64,000 bases of DNA, taken from Octopus vulgaris (Eukaryota). The notes below the pieces were generated by a model. It was not told the DNA's origin, did no database searches, and worked only from the letters and a program-made list of their open reading frames with translations. The stretch lies in assembly GCA_951406725.2 (NCBI GenBank), contig OX597841.1:12462001-12526000 (forward strand). The letters are read 5' to 3'. Shown piece after piece: positions 40,408 to 55,106 of the stretch. The first letter of the stretch is position 1. Each line of letters starts with the position of its first letter. The position numbers and the translations under genes were made by a program.

Positions 40408-40537
40408 GTATATGTATATATGTGTGTGTGTATGTGCACACACACACACACATATATATCATATATATGTGTGTGTATGTGTATATATGTGTATATATAT
40501 ATATGTGTATGTGTATATATGTGTATATATATATGTG

Positions 40538-40585
<48 letters not shown>

Positions 40586-41557
40586 CGTATCCAACCCATG
40601 CCAGCATGAATAACAGACGATGATGATGATGATGCGTGTGTGTGTGTGTGTGTGTGTACACGTTATATATATCATACCTGTTCTATAATGATATATGTAT
40701 AAGTGTATGTATGTGTGTATATATATATATATATGTATATGTATGTATGTATGTATGTATATATATGCGTGTATGTGTATACACGCAGGCGCACAAAGTC
40801 GCATCCGGCCCATCGAGGCTAAAAGGAAAGAAATTCTATAGGCTAAGACTGAGCCAATAAAATCCTACTCCAGCATGGCCGTAAGTAAATCAACTTTAAA
40901 GCTTATAGCTCGATCGCCTACCTTCTCACCACCACCACCACCACCATCACCACCGCCGCCGCCGCCACCACCACCACCACCACCACCACATCCCCCTCCG
41001 CCGCCACCACCACCACAACCACCACCACCACATCCCCCTCCGCCGCCACCAGCACCACAACCACCACCACCACCACCACCACCGCCGCCACCAGCACCAC
41101 CACCAGCACCACCACCACCACACCCCCCCTCCGCCGCCGCCGCCGCCACCACCACATTCCAATATCTGTAGCAGATCGCTGCATTCTACGCATGCACACA
41201 TATATACACCTACTTCTACACACCCTTATCCGCGCATGCATATACACACAATACATACATACATACAGATACACATATCCCACAAACACACACACCAGAA
41301 CGCTCATACACACATATACACACATACACACTCGCGTATATACATACACACAAACACACACATACACCAACATACAAGCTTACACACATGCGCAAACATA
41401 CACACATACATACACACACATGCATCAACGTGCATAGACATGCACACACATACAGACACACACATAGACCAACATACACACACACGCAACAACATATATA
41501 CACACGCACACACACACACACGCGCGCAACAATATACACACACACACACGCGCAACA

Positions 41558-41604
<47 letters not shown>

Positions 41605-42114
41605 CATCAATGGCGACCGCTTCTGCAAGATGTTTGCCGTCAGATAAGGCAATTCGTTTGTCTTTTCCTCCATTTTCCGTTCCTCGTCCGCGCAATCCAG
41701 CGATAGCAGCGCCACCTAACCGTGCTGCTTTTTATTGTTTTCTAAATCTCCCGTAACCACCACCACCACCACCACCACCACCCCATCCCCCCACCACCAG
41801 AACCCCCCCACCCCACCTTCCTTATCGTCATCACGTGAGACGGAGAACGAAGGGGGACGCCCCTCATCTCACCCTCACCACGTGTATGTGGACTTCCAGC
41901 CAGTTAGAAATAGCAGCAAGATCTCTCCCAAATCATAAATGTAGTCCTAGATACATTTATGTCTGAATAAAAGATGGGATTGTCATGAGTGGAACACCTT
42001 TAATAATAGATCTGTCGGATCAAGTCAGACCAGGGGTTAAACAAAACAAGCAATGAAACAGGTATAACGTAGTCCAAGATACATTTATTTCGGAATAAAA
42101 GATGGAATGGTCAC

Positions 42115-42353
42115 GGTAGGAGAGTTAGCAATATGTAAGGCTATGGCGAAAGATTGAGCTGTTTATCTATGTTATTTTTGCTGATGCCGGAAAAAATGGT
42201 TTATGGTATTTCTTCCGGCATTTAAAATTCAAATGTCATCGATGTCGACTTTGTCTTCTCTTCGGAGTCGATAAAATGAGGTACCAGTTTGATACTGGGG
42301 TCGATACAATCGACTACATCCACCCACTAAATAGATTGCTAGCTTTGTGCCCA
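42115..42353 (+). mobile_element. Family B SINE, diverged
   Basis: GTCGACTTTGTC..GTCGATAAAATGAGGTACCAG..CTGGGGTCGAT. Confidence 0.65.
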
Positions 42354-42852
42354 AACAATGAGGATGATGAGAAAGGGTTATTATTATTGTTGTTGTTGAG
42401 TGAGAGAGCAGTGCATTCCATCAAAGTGACACTGGGGTAAAATATACAAAGCCCAGCATACCCATCATGACTACCCGTCTGATAAGGGTACACCAGGCAC
42501 ATGCATCACAACCATATGTGCGCGACATGGTGATCTCATATCAAGATAAACAGCACATGACCTTGCAGGTGGGGCCCAGTTAGAATTTTCTTCTGGGCAA
42601 GTAACCCATCCCACTCAAAAGGTCCCTGAATAAGGGTTGTTTAAGGATGTTGAACGAAACACCCATGTTTCCAGAGGTGAATTATTCAAACCCCAAAGAA
42701 TGCCTCTCAGTACATGACTATGATGCTCCCCAACTACTTCTGCTTGTGATCAGAGATGTACATATCATCAGCCACTATGGGACATTCTCAAATGGTTAAG
42801 GTCAAACAACTGACAAGCAAATCTGTGGTATTGAGCAGAATATTTGCCCGTC

Positions 42853-42920
<68 letters not shown>

Positions 42921-42939
42921 CATTATTATATATACAAAT

Positions 42940-43122
42940 ATGATAGATCGCGATCCACTACGCATTCTTTATTTTCTCTCCATGCTTCTTTCTGTGTTCC
43001 CTCCTGTGGAAGAGCATAGGCTCGAAACGTTAAAGACTTTTCACTTACCGAGCGTTAAACTAATACATCTGTTCGTTGTCTACACCACGTGTCTTCGTCT
43101 TTTGTTTTTTTTCGTAAACTCT

Positions 43123-43125
<3 letters not shown>
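42940..43125 (+). mobile_element. Short non-coding repeat carrying the minimal hammerhead-like motif
   Basis: Same family as 35790-35960, 53400-53515 (-) and 54150-54322. CUGUGGA-A-GAGC AUAG GCUC-GAAACGUU at 43004-43031; helix I is broken. Confidence 0.65.
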
Positions 43126-43174
<49 letters not shown>

Positions 43175-43413
43175 GAAATGAGTGCTCAACACCACTTTGA
43201 GGGTTACACAATTTCTTTATTTGCATATATGTATTCCATGGAATATATTGTATATCGCCCCTGTATAGGGTCGTATATATGTATTGTGTGGTGTATATAT
43301 CAAGTATGCAACACAGTTTAAAGTAGAGTAACGGGGGAAGAAATGCGATTACATGTTTGTATATGTGTGTATATATACATACATACATGCATATATATAT
43401 ATATATATATATG

Positions 43414-43501
<88 letters not shown>

Positions 43502-43503
<2 letters not shown>

Positions 43504-43889
43504 CGCAGGAGTGGCTGTGTGGTAAGTAGCTTGCTTATCAACCACATGGTTCCGGGTTCAGTCCCACTGCGTGGCACCTTGGGCAAGTGTCTTCTACTAT
43601 AGCCTCGGGCTGACCAAAGCCTTGTGAGTGGATTTGGTAGACGGAAACTGAAAGAAGCCCGTCGTATATATGTGTGTGCGTGTGTGTTTGTGTGTCTGTG
43701 TTTGTCCCCCTAGCATTGCTTGACAACCGATGCTGGTTTGTTTATGTCCCCGTAACTTCGGCAAAAGAGACCGATAGAATAAGTACTGGGCTTACAAAGA
43801 ATAAGTCCCGGGGTCGATTTGCTCGGCTAAAGGTGGTGCTCCAGCATGGCCGCAGTCGAATGACTGAAACAAGTAAAAGAGTAAAAGAG
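43502..43889 (+). mobile_element. Family A SINE, full length
   Basis: A and B boxes, CORE-like segment, GTAAAAGA tail. Confidence 0.92.
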
Positions 43890-44582
43890 TATATATGTCT
43901 GTCTGTGTGTCATGTTCTGTTTTTAAAGACAATATTAGCAACACAAAATAGTTCCAGAGCCACCAGCACCACCGCCGCCGCCGGCGCCACCACCACCACC
44001 ACTAACCCCACCGCCACCGCCACCACCACCACCACCACCACCACCACCACCACCACCACCACTACCCCCACCGCCACCACCACCACCACCACCACCACCA
44101 CCACCACCACCACCCCCACCGCCACCGCCACCACCACCACCACCACCACTACCCCCACCATCACCGCCACCGCAACCATTACTAATGCTGTTACCGTTAC
44201 GCCCTTCAACGCCGTTACACCACGTCTCTAGCGCCACCGCCACCAACACCACCACCACACCTGCACTGCAACCACAACACATCGTCCCTTACTGCACCAC
44301 CACCACCACCACAACCACAACAACAACAGGATTTGTTGTTGTTGTTGTTGCTAAAAATCGTTCGTCTTCCAAATGCGTCATCGGCAGAGAGATCGATAGA
44401 TCAGTGCGAGGCGAGAGACGTCATTGGTTGAGACACGCAACAAAAGAAGGCGGGGCTTCTTCCATGGAACGGAGAATAAAAATGTGGGCGGGACTTGGTT
44501 AAATGTTGCTCCGTCTTTATATGTCACCTTCTTCATCCCTCTCTCTCTCTCTCCGCGCCTAAATATATATATATATATATAG

Positions 44583-44613
<31 letters not shown>

Positions 44614-44638
44614 ATATATATATGTATATATATATGTA

Positions 44639-44696
<58 letters not shown>

Positions 44697-44723
44697 TATA
44701 TACATATATATATATGTATATAC

Positions 44724-44775
<52 letters not shown>

Positions 44776-44777
44776 TA

Positions 44778-44821
<44 letters not shown>

Positions 44822-45340
44822 TTTCTGTCTGTCTTTCTTGTATGTGTGTTTATCCAACTGTTAATACATCAATTGATAGATACACACATACATACATGCA
44901 TACATACATACAAACATACATTCATACATACATACATACATACATACATACATACATACATGCATGCATACATACATACATACATACACACATACATACA
45001 CACATACATACACACACACACACATGACTCTAGCGATATCTCTGAACTGTCTCCACCGCGACGTCCATGGTACCAATGCTACAAGATGGCGTCTCTTAAT
45101 GGAAGTCAATTTCCTGTTATTCTTTCTCTGAAATGTATATCAGTCATTCACATTAGCACACACACACACACACACACACACGGAGACACACGCACATACA
45201 TACACACACTCAAACACATACACAATCGCAGAGGTCACATACACCAAAGCACTAACACACACACACACATACACAGGTGTGTGTGCATGTATGTGTGTGT
45301 GTGTGCATGAGTGTGTGCATGTGTGTGTGCATGTGTGTGT

Positions 45341-45390
<50 letters not shown>

Positions 45391-45479
45391 GTAAAATCCC
45401 TGGCTGGCGACCGGAAGTGAGTGGCGTGGGGCTGTCCTCTCAGACACAGAATCGAAGGAAAGCGAAAGTAGAAGTCGCG

Positions 45480-45734
45480 GACCCGATTTTACGCGGATCT
45501 TACAACCAAATCTTTTCCTTTCGATGGAAGAAAGAACGTACAGTGGATGGCAACCAGCGGTTGGAATGCATCGTCTTCGATTCCGCCTTCGTCAGCGTCG
45601 ACTGGACCGCCATATGGAGATCGTTGGAAACCGAACGGGTGGCTCAGAAGATTATTGCGTTTCTACGTTCGGCCTCAGTTCAACCAGGTCGGTCTGAATC
45701 GAAGATGACCTCTCTGAGGAGCGCGACATCATGA
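45480..45734 (+). mobile_element. Degenerate LINE (RTE-like) reverse transcriptase fragment
   Basis: NQIFSFRW..ERT..CIVFDSAFVSVDWTAIWRSLE..QKIIAFLRS resembles the DQIF..D...AFDSV..LW..L..G.P.K.I.L block. Confidence 0.55.
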
Positions 45735-45766
45735 AAGGAGATGTGCCCCCAACCCACGCATACATG

Positions 45767-45808
<42 letters not shown>

Positions 45809-45955
45809 CATACGCACACACATACACACACATATATATATACATACGCACAGACACGCATATATACACGCATATATATATATGTATATATATATGTATG
45901 TATACACACACACACACACATATATATATATACACATATATATATACATACATAT

Positions 45956-46251
45956 ACTCTTTTACTTGTTTCAGTCATTTGACTGCGGCCATGCTGGAGC
46001 ACCGCCTTTAATCGAGCAACTCGACCCCGGGACTTATTCTTTTTGTAAGCCCAGCACTTATTCTATCGGTCTCTTTTGCCGAACCGCTAAGTAACGGAGA
46101 CATAAACACACCAGCATTGGTTGTCAAGCAATGCTAGAGTTAGACACACACGCATATATATATATACATACATACGACGGGCTTCTTTTCAGTTTCCGTC
46201 TACCAAATCCACTCACAAGGCTTTGGTCAGCCCGAGGCTATAGTAGAAGAC
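45956..46251 (-). mobile_element. Family A SINE lacking its head
   Basis: Match to the other copies. Confidence 0.88.
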
Positions 46252-46276
46252 AATATATATATATATATATATGATG

Positions 46277-46393
<117 letters not shown>

Positions 46394-46416
46394 TATATAT
46401 ATACGTATATATATAC

Positions 46417-46484
<68 letters not shown>

Positions 46485-47074
46485 ATATATATATGTATAC
46501 ACACACATATATATATAATATATACATACATATGTATATAAATATATATATAGACACACATATATACTTATATACGTATTTACAAAAATGTATATATATA
46601 TATATGTATGTATGTATGTATATATGTATGTATGTACATATATACATATATATATATATATATATAATAATTAAATAATGTGGGTAGAAATTGCTATTAA
46701 TCAATTAAAACCAGTGGCTTAATTATATGTAAAAACCCGAAGATTAAAAGTTATGTTACATGCAAAATTAAGAGGAATGACCAGCAAAGGGGACTCCTAA
46801 TATGCTAGATATAGACGTCAAATCGCCTAACCACGAAGAGTGTGTCCTCAAGAAAGTGAGTGGTCAAAACTTTTTCTTAGTCATGCTATTCATAACCTTT
46901 GACCCCCGAGCTCTCTTCATGTCAATTTTTCTAACCCCCCCCCCGCCGGAGCTACTAAACCTGCTCACAGCACCAAGGACTCATTGATATCAGCTGTTGG
47001 GTATGTTATGGCCAACAGGAATATGTTCTCAAATAGAAGTGTGTGTGTGTGTGTATGTGTGTGTGTGTACATGC

Positions 47075-48490
47075 ACACATATAAAAACGGAAATTTGGGA
47101 AAGTGGTTAGGTGACATTTTAAAAGACAAAAACCACTGGCTATTTACTGGCTGGAAGGGGACACTAATAGTGAGTGGAGAGCCCCAGGAAACTGCATTGG
47201 GTTGCTACTCATAGTGGTTATCTCCGACATGCCATCAGACAGACACAGACAGTCACACTTTCTGACGATACAAAAGTCGTACAAGCAATCAGAGAAACGT
47301 CCGATGCTAATCTTCCCGCAGAAAGATCTAGATGCCATGAAGAAAGCAAAATGCAACTTAATGAAGGTAAATTCTAAGCCCAGTCTTATCAGCCAACATA
47401 CTGTGACAAAAATATTTGGGGTCAAAAGGAGAGGAGTAAAATGCGTGATCTGGAGATTGCTGTGATCAACGATGTCTCGTTTCACGTACATATTCTTTTC
47501 TCTTCTAGGCTCAAGGCCCGAAATTTTTGGGGAGGGGGCCAGACGATTAGATCGATCCCAATACGCAACTGGTACTTAATTTATCGACCCCCGAAAGGAT
47601 GAAAGGCAAAGTCGACCTCGGCGAAATTTGAACTCAGAACGTAACGGCAGACGAAATACCCATTTCTTTACTACCCACAAGGGGCTAAATATAGAGTAGA
47701 CAAACAAGGACAGACAAACGGATTAAGTCGATTATAGCGACCCCAGTACGCAACTGGTACTTAATTTATCGACCCCCGAAAGGATGAAAGGCAAAGTTGA
47801 CCTCGGTGGAATTTGAACTCAGAACGTAGCGGCAGACGAAATACCGCTGAGCACTGTCTCCCGGCGTGCTAACGTTTCTGCCAGCTCGCCCGTACATATT
47901 ACCAAGATGGTGACAATGTGCAGGCAAATGGCCACATAGATTCTGAGAAGCATCAGAACAAGGGACCAGGAAACTATACTGGTTCTACGGAGGACATTTG
48001 TATTCAGTCGACTTCTGCTCTTAACTGTGGTCACCGTTCAGTATTAGATTAATTGTGGACTTGAGGCCGTTCAGCGGTGCTGCACCAGTAAGACTGCATC
48101 AATGGAACAACTGAGCTACTGGGAGAGACTAAAAGAGCTACGACTCTAACCCCTACTGGAGCGAAGACGGGGGAAGTATATAGGGGTATACATATGGAAG
48201 CCCCTAGAAGGGTTGGCATCAAAATTTGGCATCCAGAGATATACAAGCTCCCGAACTGGACATCCCTGTTCTGTCCCAAAGGTCCCAACGACCCCTTCTA
48301 GAGTGACGACCATGTACTGCAATAGCTTGGTATGGAAAGGCCCACGGCTATTTAATATCTTGCTAAAACGTGACTTGGAGTAGGGGATAAACGTTTCCAA
48401 GAAGCAACTTGACCCCTTACCGTCCAAGGCCCCAGGCCGACCTACATCACAGCAAGAAATTCAACAGAGAGCAGCAATATCAAACTCACG
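47075..48490 (+). mobile_element. CR1/L2-like LINE remnant interrupted by a SINE dimer
   Basis: VSGEPQETALG..ISDMP..SDDTK..MQLNEGKF; after the SINE: LWSP..LEAVQR..LSYWERLKELRL..LERRR. Confidence 0.75.
47495..47890 (-). mobile_element. Dimeric family B SINE with 10-bp TSD
   Basis: Two tandem cores; TSD CGTACATATT at 47485-47494 and 47891-47900. Confidence 0.9.
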
Positions 48491-48580
48491 CTTTCACGAA
48501 TCACGAAAGAATGGCCACTGAAAAGATAATGCTGGCGCTGCTCCAGCATGGCCACAAGCCTTGGACTGAAACGAATAAAA

Positions 48581-48635
<55 letters not shown>

Positions 48636-48823
48636 CATATAAATATATATATATATATACATATATATATACACATATACATACATATATATGTATACAT
48701 ATATATACATACATATATCTATCTATATATATCTATACATCTACACATATACATATATATATATATATATAACGGGAAGCTTTATGAAAATAGACAAAAG
48801 ACGAAGGCAGGTGGAAAACAAAC

Positions 48824-48881
<58 letters not shown>

Positions 48882-49219
48882 TCTGTTGTGTCTGGGGAGG
48901 GTCATTCCTTTTTCTGCCTTATAATTTAACACACTCCCCGGTAAAATGTCCCAGTGTAAATAACGGACAGAGTCAAGACTATTGAAAAGGTTGCAAGACG
49001 CAACGAAAATTTTAGGAAAATGAAAATAAGAAATAAGTGGAAATTTTACTGGTGAGTGTGTTAGATTATAAGGCATAAAAAGAGATTGACTCTCCCCAGA
49101 CACAACAGAATATGCTTCAACACACGAACTCATATAAAGAATCTTGCAAACCAAATCCAAATACGAAATATGTATGTGTGTGTATATAATCAAAATAAGC
49201 AATAGGATATCCAGAGGTG

Positions 49220-49307
49220 ATGCAGTACGACCGTTTCAAGCGGCTCCATTTAATGGAACAATGCAATCGTTACACTAATTTAAATGCAAGGCTATCCTCA
49301 GCTGCAT
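49220..49307 (-). ncRNA. Type I hammerhead ribozyme motif with extended helix II
   Basis: AUGCAG-CUGAGGA-U AGC..(~50 nt)..GCU U-GAAA-C GGUC G-UA^-CUGCAU. Perfect 6-bp helix I. Confidence 0.78.
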
Positions 49308-49375
49308 AAATGAATAAATAGAATTGTTTTTTAATCAGTCGGACACATTTGTATAATTTTACTTAAATCCTCTAA

Positions 49376-49422
<47 letters not shown>

Positions 49423-49423
<1 letters not shown>

Positions 49424-49593
49424 AAAGTAATCCCACAGAAATCATTAAAATCTAAAAAAATATCAATACCTATCAGCCGAAGAAATCCGCGATGTACTGA
49501 GGAGTGCGTGATATAAATTCACTTACATCAACCAGAAAAATCCGCGATGTACAGAGTGCGCGATAAGTGAACCACAATATAGCGAAGAATCAC
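49423..49593. mobile_element. Pogo/Tigger-like MITE (second copy 53242-53400)
   Basis: AGTAATCCCTCGACTATCGCG-type terminus and shared internal sequence; both copies follow (GT)n. Confidence 0.6.
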
Positions 49594-49772
49594 TATATAG
49601 TTGAGCTCTTCTGAATTTTATAAATCTTTGTTGAAATATCTCGAAACACATACATATGGGTTCGAATCCCGTGGACAACCGTCGCCTTTTTTCTGTCTAG
49701 AAGGGTTTTGAAGCCAGTGTGGTTTGTAGCTTTATGTGTGTGTGCTTCGAGATATTGCTCATAAGAATTTTT

Positions 49773-49808
<36 letters not shown>

Positions 49809-50452
49809 TATATGTAAATATACGTGCATAGACACACACACACACATACATACAGAAAGAGATTGATAGATAGATAAGCATACATATATACATACATACA
49901 CATAAGCATGTATATAAGTATATATATATATATATACTTATATACATGCTTATGTGCATGTATGTATATATACATATACATATATATATATGTATATGTA
50001 TATATGAGTGTGTATATATACATACACACACACACACAAGTACACATACACACAAACACACACACGTACACATATATACACATGTATGCATGCATGTATG
50101 TAGGTGTATGTATATGTAGATGCCTAGACAGATATATGTGTGAAGGTGAGGGGAGAGAGGGGTGGAGTGGAGGTGAGAGACAGCCGATCCTCGTGGGAAG
50201 ATGACCAACAGAGGTGGAAATTGTCTGTTGTTGGAGGCAGAGGGGGGCGGAGGGGGAGGAGAGGACTGGAGGGAGGGAGGGAGGGAGGATAGAAGGTTAT
50301 TATGTCAGACTCACACCGCTGCCGCAGCTATTCATACACATACATATATACATATGTATAAACATACACACATAAAAACATGTGTATATATATACATATA
50401 TATATATTCATGTACTTATGTATAAATGTTTGTATATTTCTGTATACATATA

Positions 50453-50543
<91 letters not shown>

Positions 50544-50626
50544 TGTTGTATGTATGGATGTATATATATGTATATATTTGTAGATATTATCCGAAGTGTA
50601 CAGCATTATTCAAGGCTGCTGCTGTA

Positions 50627-50711
<85 letters not shown>

Positions 50712-50957
50712 GTATATGTATATGTATATATATGTACGTATGTATGTGTGTATACATATATATATAGTTATTAACTGATAAGACAGTAATTATCTATGTA
50801 TCTATTTTCCATTGCGTGTATGTATATGTATGCGTGTACATACGGCCATATATATATATGTGTGTGTGTGTGTGTGTATGTGTTGTGTGTATAGTGTAGT
50901 TAAGTACATATATGTATACATATATCCATGCATATACCTGTATAAATAAATGCATGC

Positions 50958-50990
<33 letters not shown>

Positions 50991-51365
50991 TGTATGTATG
51001 TATGTATGTATGCATGTGCGTGCGTACGCGTTCAGAAATGTGGGGGGGTGGGAGCTGTAGAGAAAGGACGCTGTGTACCTCTGCGAGACCCCCCACGTTA
51101 TACGTAGGGCTATTTAGAAACTCAGATAGCTGGGTATCTTTCTCTTGACTTCTGGGACCCAGTCCACCGCTCCCATGTGTGAATGTGACAGAGTGTTAGC
51201 CTGGGTAGGTGTTTTGGTCTGTCTGCTTGCCTGTCTGTCTGTCACTCACTCTCTCACTTTCTCTTTCTCTTTCTTCCTCTCTCTCTATATATACATGTAT
51301 GCATATGTACACACACATATATGTGTATGTATATCTATCCCCTATGTATGTATGTATCTATCTAT

Positions 51366-51575
51366 CTCTTTACTCTTTTACTTGTTTCAGTCATTTGACT
51401 GCGGCCATGCTGGAGCACCGCCTTTAGTCGAGCAACTCGACCCCGGGACTTATTCTTTGTAAGCCCAGTACTTATTCTATTCTCTTTCGCCGAACCTCTA
51501 AGTAACGGGGTCATAAACACACCAGCATCGGTTGTCAAGCAATGCTAGGGGGACAAACACAGACACACAAACATG

Positions 51576-51609
<34 letters not shown>

Positions 51610-51780
51610 CATATATACGACGGGCTTCTTTCAGTTTCCATCTACCAAATCCACTCACAAGGCTTTGGTCGGCCCGAGGCTATAGTAGAAGACATTTGCC
51701 CAAGATGCCACGCAGTGGGACTGAACCCGGAACCATGTGGTTGGTAAGCAAGCTACTTACCACACAGCCACTCCTGCGCC
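51366..51780 (-). mobile_element. Family A SINE, full length
   Basis: Match to the other copies. Confidence 0.92.
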
Positions 51781-51871
51781 TATCTATCTATCTTTCTCTC
51801 TATATATATATAGACACACTTGTAAATGTTGAACGATATACACACACACAAACACGCGCACACACACACAC

Positions 51872-52550
51872 ACAGAGGGTGCGTAAGGTATTTGAGGACA
51901 TACCTTTTCTGGGATCATTCCAGCATTTTTTGCTAATTCTGTGTAATCTTTGTTTCAGAAAATAATAATGGCAGACCCTCAGCTTATTCAAGAAATGAAG
52001 AGTCTTGCTGTTATTGTGTTTATAAAGGTTGAACATAGCGATTTAGAAATATCTCGATTTTTAAAAGTTGCCAGATCTCTCGTCTACAAAGTTTGTAAGG
52101 ATTTAGAGACTTAAGATGGAAACGTATCACCAGTATCAAAGCATAAAATGCATTCTAAATGCCCTGAAATCATCAGAACACCTGACTTTATCAAGCAAGT
52201 TCAACAGACCATTGATGACAATCCCAGAAAGTCCATGAGGTCAATTGCAAAAGATCTCCATCTGTCAGAAGGAACAGTCAGAAATGTTGTCCACAAAGAC
52301 ATCAGATATAAGTTTTATATGATGAGGAAAGGTCAATTTGTCGGAGAAAGCAAAAGAAAATCACTACATCAGATCTAAAAGATTCTTAAACAAACTGAAA
52401 AATCCAGCAGAAGAAGATTTGATTTGGTTTTTCTCAAACGAGAAAAACTTCGACCAAGATCAAAAATTTAACGGAAGAATTGAGAGATGGTTAGTGCAGA
52501 CCCTTTTGAAGTTTCAAGTGTTATGCATACAAAATTTCTTGAAACTGTCA
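51872..52550 (+). mobile_element. Tc1/mariner (maT/DD37D-like) transposase 5' remnant
   Basis: HTH regions (ISRFLKVARSLVYKV; NPRKSMRSIAKDLHLSEGTVRNVV) and IWFFSNEKNF (FSDEK motif). Contains a stop and frameshifts. Confidence 0.8.
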
Positions 52551-52554
52551 TATA

Positions 52555-52627
<73 letters not shown>

Positions 52628-53169
52628 GAAAGATAGTTATGGCCGGTCAATGGTGGCTTGTAACCTTTCTTCAAATTAGAGAAAGAAAAGATCTCGTGGC
52701 TAGCTGTTGAATACACGGACAAAGGTGAAGGGTTAAGAGCAAAGGATTGTCTTTCTTAGACCGCTGTCCGTAACGGAGCTTGTTGACTTGTTGGTCTCAG
52801 GACCTCAGTAAGAAATTTCGTCAACTTTTTGTAATATCACAGACTGTTTACTCGGTATTAGATTATATTGCTTTGACGGTCTTCCCATCTGGCATTCGAT
52901 GCTTGGGTACCTGTTTCTGATGATATACAATTTACGATGAAATCACGTGATACAATCATCCCTTCCCACGGTCCTGACTACATTTCGTCAATGGATATAG
53001 TCTGCGCCTTTTAGCATCGAAATTCTATGCGAGAGGATGTCTCCGGACATATACCGCAGTCTACGGCGTTTTTAACAACACAGCCAAGTAAAGTTGGAGG
53101 CGCAAATCAATATTCATTTGAAAGTTTGCTTCCGTCGATAATAACTAATGTGTGTGTGTATGTATGTGT

Positions 53170-53234
<65 letters not shown>

Positions 53235-54208
53235 TGTGTGTAAAGTAATCCCTCGACTATCGCGGGTGTTACGTTCCAAAACCTTCCACAGAAATCATTA
53301 AAATCTAAAAGAATATCAATAGCTATCAGCCGCAGAAATCCGCGATATACAGAGGAGTGCGTGATATAAATTCACTTACATCAACCAGAAAAATCCGCGA
53401 AAAAAACAAAAGACGAAGACAGGCGGTGTAGAAAACAAACAGATGTATTAGTTTAACGCTCGGGCAGTGAAAAAGTCTTTAACGTTTCGAGCCTACGCTC
53501 TTCCATAGAAAGATGCATACATACGTACATACACACACGCACACGCCTTCGTGCTCGTATGTATGTATGTATGTATGTATGTATGTATGTATGCGTGTGT
53601 GTGTGCGCATGTGTACGCGCACGCAGGTGTGTGCGTGTGTGTATGTACGTATGTATGCATCTATGCATGTATGTATATCATAGTTCAGTTGTTTTTTCCA
53701 AGATTTCTTGTCAATAGAGAAAGAGCTGGTTTCTAACCTAGATCCAAGGTTACTTCACTGGAATTTCAACAACAGGATATTTTTGTATGTATGAGTGCAT
53801 GTATGGATGTATCTGTGTGTATAAATATACACACGCATATATATGTATATACATATATTTGTAGAAACTTGTGTGTATGTGCATTTATATACATATTAAA
53901 GTATGTATATAGGCGTGTATGTATGTGTGTATGTGTGTATATATATATTTCATATATGATCTGGCACTCACTTGCTGTAGGGAGGTTGTCTCCCTTGCCA
54001 ATCAAGGGAGATAAGTGCTTGAACATGGCTAAAAGTAGTTTTGGCTCTGTGTCTAGCAATGCCGGTACTGACTTGTGCACACAGTCATTTTTAGTTTTTA
54101 AATTGCGACTATCCACCTTAGTAATTTATATATATATATATATTCGCCGTGATAGATCGCGAACCACTACACATTCTTTATTTTTTCTCCTTGTTTCTTT
54201 CTGTGTTT

Positions 54209-54244
54209 CTTTCTGTTGAAGAGCGTAGACTCGAAACGTTAAAG
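54209..54244 (+). ncRNA. Minimal hammerhead-like motif
   Basis: CUUU-CUGUUGA-A-GAGC GUAG ACUC-GAAAC-GUU^-AAAG. Inverted sibling at 53476-53513 with CUAUGGA core. Confidence 0.5.
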
Positions 54245-54834
54245 CCCGAGCGTTAAACTAATACATCTGTTTGTTTTCTACACCACCTGTCTTCGTCTTT
54301 TGTTTTTTTAGTGAATTCTCCCTATATATATATATATATATCGTTTTCTTCGTCTGCCGAAAAAGGCATTTTTTTCCAAATACGCCAGCTAAGCTAAGTT
54401 GAACTGTCTAAAGTCGTAAGACAACCGCTGTTTTTGTCCTGTTATTACTAATATTGTTTTTTGTATTTATATTCGTGTGGCATCGTCCGTTTATCTGTCC
54501 TTGTTTCGTATACATTCGATCCTTTTTCCAAGAAATCTAATGCTCGTAGATTAGTCTTTCCTTGGGGCTGGCCGGATCGGAGCGATCTCAAGATTAATCA
54601 GCCGAAATTGCGAGGATGATCCGGTTCTTGACTGAAGATTGAAGGCTTCGAATGTCCCGTCCGTGTTTTTTGTATCGTCTTCTAAATGTTTTACGTTCTT
54701 GTCCCAGTTTGTATTTTTCTACATATAATAATAATAATAATATATATATATATATATATAAGCTCACGTATATACTGTACAAGAGAATCTAGGGTTTTAG
54801 CCAACTCTGCGATATACGTAAACATGCTTACACT

Positions 54835-54880
<46 letters not shown>

Positions 54881-55067
54881 AACGCACTCACACACACACA
54901 CACACACGAACACACACATACACACACATGCACACGCACGTACGCACACCCAAACGTGCATAAATATAGACACAAATGCACACAGAAATAGCAACATGTA
55001 TTCAGAAATACCTCCACTCACATATACAGCCAGTCATTCACGCGCGCGGCACACATACACACACATA

Positions 55068-55106
<39 letters not shown>

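Noticed and set aside
45395-45740. CpG-rich stretch with an ETS site as a host exon, and CUGACGAAGG on the minus strand as a hammerhead
   Set aside because: Better explained as a decayed LINE RT; no GAAA or helix III follows.
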